From Mobula hypostoma (lineage: Eukaryota), in NCBI RefSeq assembly GCF_963921235.1, contig NC_086107.1, positions 96,040,001 through 96,104,000 of the forward strand: 64,000 nt of DNA, in the 5' to 3' direction. Positions 10,350 to 23,900 of this stretch are shown here, piece by piece (the stretch's first letter is position 1; each line of letters starts with the position of its first letter). Made by a program: the position numbers and the translations under genes. Under the pieces are notes generated by a model. The model saw nothing but the letters and a program-made list of their open reading frames with translations. It was not told where the DNA came from and did not search any database.

Positions 10350-13300
10350 CCTTTCCCCGTTAACCCTGCTCAGGGTCCGATGTCAATTTTGCTCTCTCCC
10401 CTCTCAGGTTCTCCTCAAATTTAGAGAGGTGACCCTCTCCTTGCCGGTAACAACGCGCACGGAGAGCAGTGCGGCACACGGACAAACTCTCCCTGAAACC
10501 AACGCCCTTCATTTCTCGGATCCGCAAGCCCGCGCGAAAAACAATCTGTAAAAGCCCAGATGTTCTGCACTGGCCGCCATCTTGGTTTGGAACCTGTTGA
10601 AGATGGTTCGGGTCGCCCGCCATGTGCAACACAAAGATGAGTTCTGAACGTTAGTGCCCGCGTGTGTGTCGGCAAGGGTTCGGGAGTGGGCGCTTTGGAA
10701 TCAAACAAGTACTGATTACAGCCTTTCTTGTGAAGCAGAAAGTATTTGAAGGGAAAGGAGGCGGCTCCATCGAAATTGTGCCGTCGGCCACCTAAATGCT
10801 CAAGCGGATTGTCCGCGGCGCTGAGGAAGAAGGCGGCTGTGGTCGGCGTGATGTTTGCTGGAGGGAAACCGAGCTGAACGTGAACCACGGCGACCTGGCA
10901 ATTGTGGACGTCGCTGCCAAACGACCCAGACCGGGTAGGGCTCAGTGTTACAAGGTGCTGGTGTTGGAGGAAGGGAAGTGCGGAGGTTCTAGCTAAGGAT
11001 GTAAATGTAGTGGTGTCTTTCTATATAGGGGAGGTGAGAGTCGTAATTAAAGTTTATTCGATCACCAGTTGGAGAGAAGGAAAAGAAAGGGCAGCGTTTA
11101 TATAAAATTCAGAGGATGGTGGGAATGGAACTGAGAGACGGTTTAAAGGGAGGGAAGACGTTGTACTCACACCTTTACGTGTTGGACAATAATTCCTTGT
11201 TCAGAATTAATAAGCACGATTCGGCATTTGCAGGGAATGCACTTGTCAATACCCGGTATTGTTTGAATTCAGTTCATATGAGTTGCAGAGGAAATGTCTA
11301 ATTGCTCAATTAAGATCCTTGGGACAGAAATAGATGTAAAGCTCGTTAAGATAACACTTTCTGAAAAGCATAAGACATTACGATATTATTTGAGGGAATT
11401 TCGTGGGTATTATCCTCGTTCCCTTGCTCCACTTTCCAATTTCGTAATCCGCCTCATGTTCTGTCAGTCGCCATTAAACTTTGCAAGAAAAGCTTTAATA
11501 CGTTTGAGTGAGAGGCCTTGGAAAATAATTATCTGAAGAAAATCTTTGGAAATTTATTTTCGGCTGGATATGGGGCATGCTTTGCTCTGCTGATGTGTGG
11601 ACATCTGAGACGGTGGAGAAGGGCGGGGTTCCGCCCTAGCCGAATCCTGAATGTGTTACTGAGGAGGGCTTTGGGGCTGGACTGGGATGTGTAGGTGAAA
11701 GTAATCTTCACAATGCTCCCTTCGCAAGATGCATCTCAGTCCAAGTTTATGGCTGAGGGAGAGTGAACCTGACGGAGGGGAAGGACGAGGCCGGGTAGGC
11801 AGAGTTTCCCTATCTGTATGGCTCAGCGCTCATTTTTCTAGCTGGTCAGTAAAGTCTCCCCTGCCATGTCGGAGGGTCACAGCGCTGCAAAGATTCTTTC
11901 AGGCACTGACTCGAGTCTGGAAATATCAGTCCAAGGACAGGAGAGGGCAAGAATTGCGCCGTCTGTTTGCAGTTCCCGTGTCCTGCTGTGGTGCGTTGCT
12001 CCTGCAAAGTTCCCGAAATTCGGGTGATTTGAGTTCTTAGGAAGGAGAAAGGGATTTCCAATCGATAGATTTTTGTAAAAAGCAACAATGGGTTTGTGCT
12101 TTCCCAGATAGAGAGTCAGTTGCAGCCGTTCACGTCTGTTTTAAAAAAAAAATTTCTGTGCGATTATAATTGAGTGGTTTTGCTGGATTTTAAAGATTTA
12201 AGCCACGAACTTGGTTTCCACAGGTTGTCAGATTGCCACCTTAATTTGTTTTGTTCAGTCTGTGCTTCTCTCTGAGTTTTCAAACATAGCAACTGAATAG
12301 CTGCCTCGGTGGCTTTGCTCTCTGTCTGATTCCTATTCTGCATTAGCTGCAGAAGTGAGAATGTCGCAGAAATCTGTGCCTAGCGAGAAGTTGTAGGACA
12401 GCAGTGGGGATTCATCACAGTAAGTAGTCCAGGGCTGGGTACGGTAGCTTTTGGATTTTCTTTTTTGTCAATCTGAAACTGACCCCACTCCTCACCAACC
12501 TGCCCCCATCTAAACTAAAACTTTTACCCAAGGGTTAGGATCAGGGGTGTGGGACCTGTTTGTTTCTGTATTGAGATTATGTCTGCGTGGGATTGAGATC
12601 ATTTGCTCCGGACAGTGCGTTTAGTTGCTCTATAAAGTCTCCCTCGCTTTATTGGAGGGTTACACCTCTGCAAAGATTCTTTCGGACAGAGAGCTCATCA
12701 AAGGAAAGGAGAGGGGCAGGAATTGCGTGGTCTTGTTTGCAGTTTCTGTGTCCTGCAGAGCTGGTATCTCTTTAGCTTGCATTTAAGATGAAGGCAGGAA
12801 ATTACCAAATTCCCAAAATTGGATAGAAGTGAAATCTTGGGAGAGAGGAAAGACTTTCCCAATCTCCATATTGGTAAAAGACAGCAATGGGCGTGTTTGC
12901 CCGCTTCTCCGGCTGAATGCGGAGATACAGCCGTGCACCCCTCTATTCGTTCTCCGTGTGAATATTGTTCTTTGGCTGCGCTGGCTGGCCTGGATTTTAA
13001 AGATTCGCGCCGTGTCTGCGCAGGTTCTCGCACTTTTTTAACAGTTCACATTGTGCTCATTTTTTAACAACGGCCTGTTGCTCCTCCGCTCGCTGCTGAG
13101 CTGACGGTGGGTACGGAGTGGGTGCAGAACTATGGGGCATTGCAGTGTGATCTGTGACACGGATTACGGTGCAGGGCGCAACCCGTTTCAGATCCCGGGC
13201 ACCGGGTTTTGTGCAGCGCGGGAGGTGCTTGTAATCCTAATGCATTGTAAGTCTGTATTTGCCCACCGTGTATTGAATCGTTTCCGTGAAATAATTAACC

Positions 13301-13750
13301 TTAGGAACCAATGGACCTTCTGGGGTCTTGTCTCTGGTGAAATTATCCTTGGCCAAGGTGGAGACCTGACCGACTCTCCTTTTTTTTGGTAACGAGGAGC
13401 AGAGAGATGTGTGCACAATCGGCCCTTCGGCCCACTGTGTTTGCGCCGCTCATGATTTAACTTGTACATCCACGTTTGATGCGAAGCCCCCGAACTCCCT
13501 CATGGCTGCGACCTGGCGCAGATGGCAGAGAGCAGGCACTGACTTTGGTTGAGCTCAGATGGGACAATTGGGCCCAAGGCACGTTATTGGGTGGAAGGCC
13601 TGGGGCTGCGGGTGGCGACGGCTGCGAAGGAACAGTGCGTGCAGCTTGGGGCTTGGAAGGGGGAAAAGGCGAGCGGTGATAGTCTGGTTGGTTCTTTTAA
13701 AATGTTTTTGTCTCTCTGTCTACAAAGAGTCATTATTTTCGGCCGAGACC
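10350..13750 (+). promoter_or_regulatory. CpG-rich, TE-free region; candidate CpG-island promoter or first exon of a non-coding transcript
   Basis: Many CpGs retained relative to its paralogous copies. YY1-like GCCGCCATCTTG at 10573-10584 and a donor-like GT at 10935. No recognisable protein. Strand is inferred. Confidence 0.45.
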
Positions 13751-16380
13751 CTTTATCTAGTTCCTGTGCTCAATGTTCAACTAACCCTTGTTATGCAATG
13801 TGTGCAGAGATGAAGGGCATTGCAGATGAATTTGTGGTGCGGACTGACAGCGCAGGATGCAGGCAGGGAGGGAGCTGACTTTGGATTCCTGGGCACCAGG
13901 GTTGGTTCTCCAGTGCATGAGCAGGGACCATTGTGATTTTTGAATTGGCACCCAGTTGCTTTGCAGATCTGTATTTGCATGCCATCCATTGGGTCATTTC
14001 AGCCCTGCACAGGGACTGAAATGCCTTAAATGGCAGCAGCTTTCATTTAGCATTCCTGCCTCCACTTTCAGGCAGTTAAAATTGCCTTCCTCTAATTTGG
14101 AGAGCTTCCTCTCTTCCCCCTGGTAACAATGAGCACAGGGTGCAGTCTTTCATATGAGCAAGCTCTTACTAAGCCTATGCAAAAAAAAAACCTGCATGAC
14201 TTACTGGGGAAACAATTTATAAAAGCCCTGATTTGCCAGATTTTCAGCACGTGCTATTTAATTTTTACTTTTCACCATCTTGGTTTGCAACCTGTTAAAG
14301 ATGGTTTGGTTTTGGTAGACAAAGATTTGGGTTACCCACAATAGGCAACACAAAGATTAGTTTTGAACTTTAGTGCCTGTGCATGTGTTGTCAGGGGTTT
14401 GGGAGTGGGCGCTGTGGAATAAACCTGGTGTTGATCACAGCCTTTCTTGTGAAACAGGAAATGTTTAAAAGGACAGGATGCAGCTGCGTCAAATTGTGCT
14501 GTCAGAGAAATCATCGAAGTCCCAATTTGTGGCGCTCTGGAAGAAGGCAGCTCTCGTTGCAGTGATGTCTGCGGGCAATCCGAAGAGAAACCGAGTGGCA
14601 CCTGAACCACAAAGATGTGGAAATCTGGACATTGGTGCAAATGTATGACGCTGGCCAGGTACGTCTAAGTGTAACACATTGTTGGCTTGGAAGGAATGAG
14701 GTGACGGACATTCTAGCCAAGCAATCACTTAAAATTGAAGATTTTTCTGAAATGGTGCCTTTGTATAATGGGGAGGTGAAAGTCATAATTTAAAAACTCC
14801 ATCACTCTGGTACTGAAGTTTGGAGAAGGAAAAGAACTTTCCAACTGATCCGTACAATACTACAGCCTGGTGACGACATTCTTTGCCATCATAATGCCGC
14901 CAACATCCACATCATCTCATTGTACCTGCTGTGTCCATTAATCACTGGACATTAATCACAGATGTGCAATCAATCAGCAGAACATCCTTTCACTAGTACC
15001 GTCTGCGCCCGTACCTCCCTCTCCCCCCCCGCCCACAACTTCACCATGTCAATTTTGGACCTTGTTGACCATCATATAACCGCACTGACTTGTGTAACTC
15101 TTTAGTCGAACTCTTTGTAAACTCGGCCCCAGCCCAGCAGTTGGGGCCTGTGTGACCACTGGGCACAAGGCTCGATAGTGGGTGGAAGGACTGCGGTGCT
15201 GGTGGTGGAGAGGGTTGCGAGGGAACCATGGGGCTTGGAAGGGAAGGAGAAAAGCGAGCATATTGCTTTGCTGTCTGGTTGGAGCTCTTCTGCCACAATT
15301 GGCAACACAAAGATGACTTTGAATGTTAGTGCCTGCGTGTGTGTGACAGTGGTTTGGGAGTGGGTGATGTGGAATTAATATAGTATTGATTACAGCCTTT
15401 CTTGTGAAGCAGGAAACATTTGAATGGCAAGGAGGCAGCTCTGTAGAAGTTGTACCATCGTTCATCTAAATCCTCAAAGTCACATTTGGTGGTGCTGTGG
15501 AAGAAGGTGGCTGTCATCGGGGTGACGTTTGCTGGAGGGAAACTGAGCTGCACGTGAACCACGATGATCTGTCAATTCTGGACATCGCTGTGAACATACG
15601 ACGTTTGAGTGAGTGGTCTTAGAAAATGATTATCTGGTGCTGCATTTGATGAAAACCTTTGGAAAATTATTTTATGGCTGGAGATGTGGGAGATGCACTG
15701 CTGATGGGTATTGGGATGTCTGATACTCCAGAAGAACGGCAGGGTTGTGTCATTGCCGTTGCCTGAATGTATACTGAGGTGGGGCTTTGGGGCGGGGGGG
15801 GGTGTTCAAGGTGCAAAATGTCATCATCATGCAGCCATGCAGATGCATCACAATCCAGGTTTATGGCAGAGGGAGGTGAGGAGTAGGCAGCAGCTACCTG
15901 ACGCCAGGGGTACCTCTGCTCACTGCTGAGCTGACATGGGTTATGTAGTGGGTGCAGAAATAGGGTGGTCTTGCAGACAAATCTGTGGCGTGGCTTGACG
16001 GTGTGACAGGCTGGCTTCAATTCCCTGGGCACTTGGCCCTGTTCTGCAGTGCAGGAACAGGGACCCTCACAATTTGGTGGCTGCACTCTTTTGTTTTGTA
16101 GGTTTTTGCATTTGCCCACCTTTTCCTGAACCGTTTCCGTGAATGCATTCCGTTTGCCCTGCTCAGTGACCAGGGTACCTTCAAATTGCAGATTTTATTG
16201 AGTTGTTGTCTCAGAAGTTGGTGAAATTACCCTTCCTGAACAGATCTCCCCTCCCTTGTAATGAGGAGCAGAGAGCAGTCAAGCACTGGAATGGCCTTTC
16301 AGCCTACTGTCTTTCTGCTGACCACAATATTGATTGAAACTTGCACATCAGTGCCTGCTCGTGGCCTGTACCCTCAATTG
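10570..16380 (+). repeat. Mosaic of diverged direct duplications (modules A x3, B x2, C x2, D x3, E x2)
   Basis: Approximate module positions. A: 10573-11090, 14273-14835, 15303-15595. B: 11497-11770, 15597-15880. C: 11830-12260, 12615-13050. D: 13080-13470, 13765-13985, 15912-16370. E: 13565-13695, 15157-15285. Shared anchors include cagcctttcttgtgaa, ctgcaaagattcttt and gggtggaagg. Confidence 0.85.
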
Positions 16381-16429
16381 CCCGCTGGTTTCACATGCTC
16401 TGTCACAGTCTCCTCCCTGTCACCTCAAT

Positions 16430-16960
16430 ATCCTCTTGTTTTTATTGGTGAGATTGGAGGGCCATTAAATACCAGGATAGCAGAACACAAGAGTGCTTTG
16501 AAAAAACTTGAGAGCAGAATGAAGCGGGATTGCTGAACTCTTCCTATCATGCTCATGTAGACCAAGGTTTGATGAGGCCAACGACCTTGGCAAGGAAGAA
16601 AATTCCTATACGAGAAAGATTAAGGAATCACTAAAGATGGAGCATGTGGGGGACCTAAATATAGGTTCAAAGAGTGTAGGGATAGCACCAGCCTGGGTAC
16701 CGCACATTCCTAAAAAGGATTTGGCCAGAAAGATTGACCGATTCAAACTAACCAATCAAGAATAGGCAGTTCAGATCCAGCCAATCAGGATCAAGTATTA
16801 AGCCCCACCCATGCCCTGTTCACTTGAGAGGGCATATAAGGTAGTGTCTTCAGGGAGATTTGTCACTTGATGAACTTATGCCTGAGGAAGATGGTTGGGT
16901 TTACCGTTGAAGTGCTGCAATCAGATCTCTAAGTATGTGACTATTAAAGGCCAAAGGATA
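16430..16960 (+). mobile_element. Second-family Penelope-like fragment (GIY-YIG) with CCAAT/TATA boxes and a hammerhead relic at about 16881-16915
   Basis: FIGEIGGPLNTRIAEHK (YIGETGR..RxxEH motif) and RKIKES. ccaatc twice, then gcatataagg, then CTGAGGA-aGATGGT..ACCGTT-GAAg. Confidence 0.7.
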
Positions 16961-17911
16961 GTATGGATAGTGTTGTGACTCAACAAAAGCCACTGGAGAG
17001 GCACGTAACTGGTAGCATAAAAGTCTATTTGGCACACACAAGCTGATAACATTTGGAGTGGCTCTGGAGAGAGGTTCCCTGACCCAGCATTACATCACAT
17101 GTTTGCTAAAGATCAAAGGTTACAGCAGGATGATTGCTATAGTTACAATGCATTCATAATGCTTCCTTTGAGGTGCATATAATTTTCAGACACCTAGATC
17201 TTCACATGAGCATTCTCAAAATGAATGCTAATCACCATCATCTCTGAGCTGCATTCATACATGTGCAGACATCTCAGGTCATTGGAGTGTTTCCTGGTTT
17301 GCAATCAATCGCAGTCTGCAGCTCCAAGACCATTGTTATGAGCTGCATTTTAAATTTAATTTACAATCCACATTCAGATCTGAAGACTTGTTGGAATTAC
17401 TAATTTGCTATATTCAATAACCTCAGAATACACTCTAACATTTCCTCTTCTTGGCCCTCCTGGACAAAAATAATTTGTTCCGACAAAGGCCAATCAAATA
17501 GGGCAACTGTCATGGAAATACGAACAAAGAACTTAATATTCTGTTTATTTGAATTCCCGGTGCTGCACTTATCATTGAAGTTATTCTCAACTTGCATCTG
17601 CATTCTTAAGTCCAGCAGCTCCTGAGTGGTCACATATCCCATCATACATTAGTTTTAACTTTCTTTTCCAATCTTTTTATTAATATCAAAATGTTAAACA
17701 TAACATAGTATTAGTTCAAAGCTATTAGGATTACATTGTTAATAATTAGCATATATAAGTATAAACTCAGTTAACACACAGATATTAAACCTCCCAAAAC
17801 CTTACAGAATATGAATATAAGGAAAAAATGCAGAAGTAGCATGAAATAAGAAAAGAAAAAAAAATACTGTTTAATACTGAAAAGAAAATTAATCTAAACA
17901 ATACTAATCAA

Positions 17912-20900
17912 CTTTTTTATTTCAAAATGTACTTTATTCAAAAATAAAATTATATACTAATTATATTCAATGACTTAATCCTTTACATACGTTTCCCTTA
18001 TGGTATCTAGATATCCATACGTTGGCCACCCACGTGGCAATCCATTGGTTCACCTTCCCACAACATTGTTAAGGGGTATACTCCCTGCCACCCGACCCCT
18101 CCCACTCCCACGGGTGGAGAAACCTATACTGTGGTCCTTGCCCACCGGGCCCTTGCGGTGGTTGCACCAAGTTTCAGTGCGTCCCTCAGCACGTACTCCT
18201 GCAGCCGAGAATGTGCCAGTCGGCAGCATTCTCCCACAGACATCTCCATGTGCTGGTAGATCATCAAGTTTCGGGCCGACCAAAGAGCGTCTTTCACCGA
18301 GTTGATGATCTGCCAGCAGCACCGGATGTTGGTCTCCATGTGCGTCCCCGGGAACAGCCCGTAGATCAGAGAGTCCTCTGTTACGCAGCTGCTGGGGATG
18401 AAACATGACACTAGCCCGTCCATCCTCCTCCACACCCTCTCTGCGAACTGGCAGTGTGCAAAGAGGTGTGTCACAGACTCCTCCTCACTGCAGTCCTCCC
18501 GTGGGCAGTGGGGTGTAGAGGCAATGTTCTGGGTGTACAGGAGGGATCTGACTGGGAGGGCCCCTCTCACCGCCAGCCAGGCGAGGTCTTGGTGCCTGTT
18601 GGTGAGATCTGGCGATGAGGCATTTTGCCAGATGAACTGGACAGTCTGCTCAGGGAACCACCCCACTGTGTCCATCACGTCTTTCTTTCCTTCTTTCTTT
18701 TTAAATCTTTTTATTGAATTAGTACACAAAGAGCAACCAATACATTGTTAGGATATAAATGTAAAAGTAATATTAATACAAAAAAAATACAAACAACGTA
18801 TGTTAATTATAGAATAACAAGGTAATATAATTGTATACTAATTTTCATATATACCTAATAGAACGAACCCCCCACCCGCCAAAAAAAACCTACCGTGCAA
18901 CTAACCTAAGAAAGCAAAGTATTGGGCTAACTAGGTATATACTAGACTTTGAACAGTTAAACAATCGCGTCCTCAAACCCGAGCTCTGCTAATAACAGAT
19001 AAAATCCACAAATGGAGTGTAAATATGGTCAGAGAGAAAAAAATAGTTACATTAAATGAAAATATTGAATAAATGATCTCCAGGTCTGTTCAAATTTAAC
19101 TGAAGTATCATAAAGATTACTTCTGATTTTTTCCAAATTTAAACACAGTATCGTTTGAGAGAACCAAAAAAATGTAGTTGGGGCATTAATCTCCTTCCAA
19201 TGTTGTAGAATACATCTTTTCGCCATTAAAGTAAGAAATGCAATCATTCTACGAGCTGAGGGGGGTAAATTACTGGAAGTTTTAGCTAATCCAAAGCTAG
19301 CAGTAATAGGATGGGAAGAAATATCACTATTCAAAACCTTTGAGATAATATTAAAAATATCTTTCCAGAAAGTTTCCAGAGTTGGACAAGACCAAAACAT
19401 GTGGGTCAAGGAAGCTATCTCCCCATGACATCTATCGCAAAGAGGGTTAATATGAGAGTAGTAGCGAGCTAATTTATCTTTAGACATATGTGCTCTATGG
19501 ACAACTTTAAATTGAATTAAAGAGTGTTTGGGACAGATAGAGGAAGTATTAACAAGTTGTAAAATATAGGCCCAGTCCTCAGCCGGGATAGTAAGACCCA
19601 ATTCCCTTTCCCAGTCAGTCCTAATCTTGTCGAATGGAGCTTTCCTAAATTTCATGATAATATTATAAATAGTAGCCGTTACACCTTCCTGAAACGGGTT
19701 AAGGTTAATGATAGCGTCTAAACTATTTGTGGGGGGTAACGCTGGAAAGGAAGAGTATGGTATTTAGGAAATTTCTTACTTGCAAATATCTTAAAAAAAA
19801 ATGTGTTCTTGCTAAATTGTATTTATTAGATAACTGTTCAAAAGACATAAGGGAGCCATCTGAAAATAAGTCAGAAAACCGTGATATACTATTAGTCTTC
19901 CAAATTTGAAAGGCACAGTCTGTAGCGGAGGGGAGGAAAAAATATATTGCCTATAAATATATTAAATATAGGAATCGCTAGCACAAGTTCATTAAGATCA
20001 AAAAATTTTCAGAATTGAAACCAGATACGTAAGGTACATTTAACTATCAGGTTGCAAACCTGCTTATACCGTTTCAAATCGGAAGGATCCTAATGTAGAG
20101 CCAAGTGCATAGCCTTGAACAGATTGTAATTCCAATACTACCCATTTAGGAATGGACAGTGTATCTTGGTCAAGTAACCAAAATTTCGTGTGTCGAATAT
20201 TAATTACCCAATAATAAAATCTAAAGTTAGGTAATGCCAAGCCTTCATCTCTCTTAGCTTTCTGTAGATGTATTTTACCCAACCTTGGGTTTTTATTTTG
20301 CCAAATAAATGAAGAGATTTTAGAGTCTACTTTATCAAAAAATAGATTTTGGAACAAAAATTGGTAATGCCTGAAATATATATAAAAATTTTGGCAGAAT
20401 GAACATCTTAACAGCATTAATATGACCAGTCAAAGTTAAAGTGGAGACCATTTAAAGGAAAGTTGTGTGATATGGTCAATTAAGGGTAAATAATTAGCCT
20501 TAAATAAATCCTTATGTTTACAGGTAATTTTAATCCCAAGATATGAAAAATGATTATTAACCAATCTAAATGGCAGGTTCTGATATAAGGGAACTTGCTT
20601 ATTAATAGGGAAAAGTTCACTCTTATTAAGATTTAATTTGTATCCTGAAAAAAGACTAAATTGGGCTAATAAATCTAGAGCTGCTGGGATAGATTTTTGA
20701 GGATTGGAAATATGTAAGAGTAAGTCATCAGCGTAAAGTGATATTTTATGAGACTTTAACCCACGAGTTGTACTAACAATGTTAGGCAATTCTTGAATAG
20801 CAATTGCTGGTGATTCTAATGCTATATCAAATAATAAAGGGCTAAGAGGACACCTTTGTCTGGTACTTTGAAATAGAGGGAAAAAAAGGTGAGTTTTGAG

Positions 20901-23900
20901 TATTAGTACGAACTGACCCCATAGGAGAATAGTATAACAATTTAATCCAGGATATAAATTTTGGGCTAAAGTTAAACTTTTCAAGCACCTTGAATAAAAC
21001 CCTGTCAAAGGCTTTTTCAGCATCTAGGGAGATGACGCATTCAGGATCGGTTTGTGGCGGGGTATAGACAATATTTAAAAGTGTACGAATATTATAAAAA
21101 GAATGGCGATTCTTAATAAAACCCATTTGATCTTCTGAAATAATATAAGGAAGTGCTTTTCCTAGTCTATTTGCTAAATTTAGAAAAAATCTTGGAGTCA
21201 ACATTTAACAAGGATATTGGTCTATAAGATGCGCATTGAGCGGGGTCTTTATCCTTCTTTAATATTAAAGAAATCGATGCTCTATAAAAGGGTTCTGGTG
21301 GTTTACCAAGTTTTAGTGAGGCCTCCAGAACCCTGGATAACCAGGGGACTAATGAGGGTGTGAAAGATTTTAAAAATTCCACGGTAAACCCATCAGGGCC
21401 AGGAGCTTTCCCCTAGTTCATAGAAAAAAATAACATTCTTAATCTCATCAGTAGTAAAGGAAGTTTCTAACATAGAACATATATAGTGTGATATCTTAGG
21501 GAAGTCTAGGTTATCTAAAAAGTCACACATATGTTTAGAATCTTGTGGAGATTCTGATTGATATAAAGAGGAATAAAAGTTAAAGAAGGATTGATTAATC
21601 TCAGCTTGATCAAACGTCAGATGATCTTTTTGATTATAAATCTGATTAATTTGAAGTTTAATGGAGTTGGTCTTCAACTGATTAGCCAACAGTTTACCAA
21701 CTTTGTCACTATGTATATAAAATTCACTTCTTGTCTTCATTATTGATTTGCAATAGAGGACGAAAGTAATAAACTGTGTTCCATTTCAAGTACAGTTCTT
21801 TGTTTATGCAGCTTCTCAGAAGGAGCTGTAGCATATTTCTTATCTATTTCCTTAATCTTGTCCAGAAGAGCAAGCTCTTCCTCCTTCAACCTTTTCTTCA
21901 AAGCAGCACAGTATGAAATAATCTGGCCACGAATATAAGTTTTGAAGGTATCCCAAAGGGTGTTCATGGATATATCCCCTGTACTGTTAATTGTAAAAAA
22001 AAAATCAATCTGTTCATCCATGAAGTTAACAAACTCCAAGTCCTGACACGACAGTGAATTAAAACGCCACTGTCTATTGTTATGAGCATTGGCCAATAAT
22101 TTAATAGAAAGCTTAAGTGGAGCATGGTCCGAAATGATTATAGAGTCATATTCACATTTAACTACTGAAGAAATAAGACGAGAGTCAATAAAAAAAATAA
22201 TCAATTCTTGAGTAAGAGTGATGAACATGTGGGGGGGGAAAAAGTCTTTTTCCTGGGGATGTAAAAACCGCCAAATGTCCATCGACCCATCTGAGAGAAA
22301 TGAATTAATCAAGGTTGCGGATTTATTGGATGCAGTCCGTATAGGGGCCGGGCCGTCCAATAGTGGGGATAAACAAGTATTAAGATTGCCGCCCCAGATT
22401 AGTGTAAACTCATTCAAATTTGGAAGTATATTAAATAAAGATTTATAAAATAACGGCAGTCCGAGTTTGGAGCATAAACGTTAATCAGGACTACCTTTTT
22501 ATTAAAAAGTAAACCACTAACCAGTAAAAATTTACCATTTGGATCAGGGATAATATCCTGTTGCACAAATGTAATTGAGGGATCTATGAAAATAGAAACT
22601 CCTCTAACTTTGGCATTAGAATTCGAGTGGTATTGTTGATTCTTCCAGAACTTCAAAAAAATGTAATCTGTCCCCCCCTGCGCATGGGTCTCTTGTACAA
22701 ATAAAATATGTGCTTTAAGTCTCCGGAATACTTTGAAGATTTTTTCCTTTTAATTGGATGATTAAGACCATTAGTATTCCAAGAGACACAATTAATAGTA
22801 GAATCCATAACCCCTAAAGTCAACCCTCAAATAAAGGGAGGATTGACAATAGATTCAACCCACGAACCCGGGAAGGGAACAGAGTAAACAGGAGATAAAA
22901 AGAAAGATGACGCGAAAGATACTTCAATAATATGAGTAGCCCAAGAAGAAAAAAAACTAAAAAGTGAAGCCCCCCCACCCCAAACCTCAAAGCTAAATCT
23001 AAAATAGACTAGCCAGATAGAAGCAAGCACTAAAATTACCCCCATGACTTCCAATAAATGCTCAGTAAAAAAGTGTATATATAAAAAAGATCAACTGAAG
23101 TTGAAAAACAGTAGAAAAGTGAAAAAATCAAGAAGTACACTGACTAAAACGGAAATGATATAATACAAAAAAATATATATATAAAAACTGTTGACATTTA
23201 CCAAATGGTATAGTTAGGAAAAAAGATGAAATATCTGCATACACTAGCAAAAAAAATTACTAAGTTTAAGACCTCCAGGTATGTACGAAAAATGATGCTG
23301 TGGGAGTGGCCACCCAGAATCCCCAGGGAAGAAGAAGAAATGATGCAATTAAAAAAGTTTGGCAGCCATATTAATTAAACAAAAAAAAATTCTGCCCTCA
23401 GAGCAAAGAAAAAAGAAAATAAAACCAGATAAATTAACACCCTCCAATCAAACACTGATAATTTAACAGTGCGATTAGGATATTGAAGGCGAGAGTTGAT
23501 CCAGGTAGCTCCAGGCATCCGACAGAGAGTTGAAAAAAACGGGGAGACCCATCAGACATTCGGATCCTCAAATGTGAGGGATATAGCAGAACTGGTTTTA
23601 AAACCATCTTGTAGAATTTCGCCATCACAGATCTATAACAAACACGTTGGTCGTGAACCTGTTTACTAAAGTCCTCCACCAATCGAAAGCAGAGATCCGA
23701 AAAATCAGTGTAGCCTTTAGGTTGAGCAAAACGGAGCAACTTTTCCTTGAAAATAATGAAATCGTATAATAACATGCCGAGGCTTGTCTGTCTTAGACGA
23801 ATACGGTGGAACTCTGAGCCCTGTCCAGCAGTGGTGGTTGATCAGGGAACAAGGTGGGGAATGAATCTTTTAAAAGTTGAGAGAAAATCTTAATAGGGTC

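Noticed and set aside
10421..10888. Minus-strand 155-aa ORF with similar peptides at 14332-14640 and 15049-15562, as a gene family
   Set aside because: The similarity reflects DNA duplication; frames and stops are not conserved among copies and no domain is recognisable. It cannot be fully excluded without a database search.
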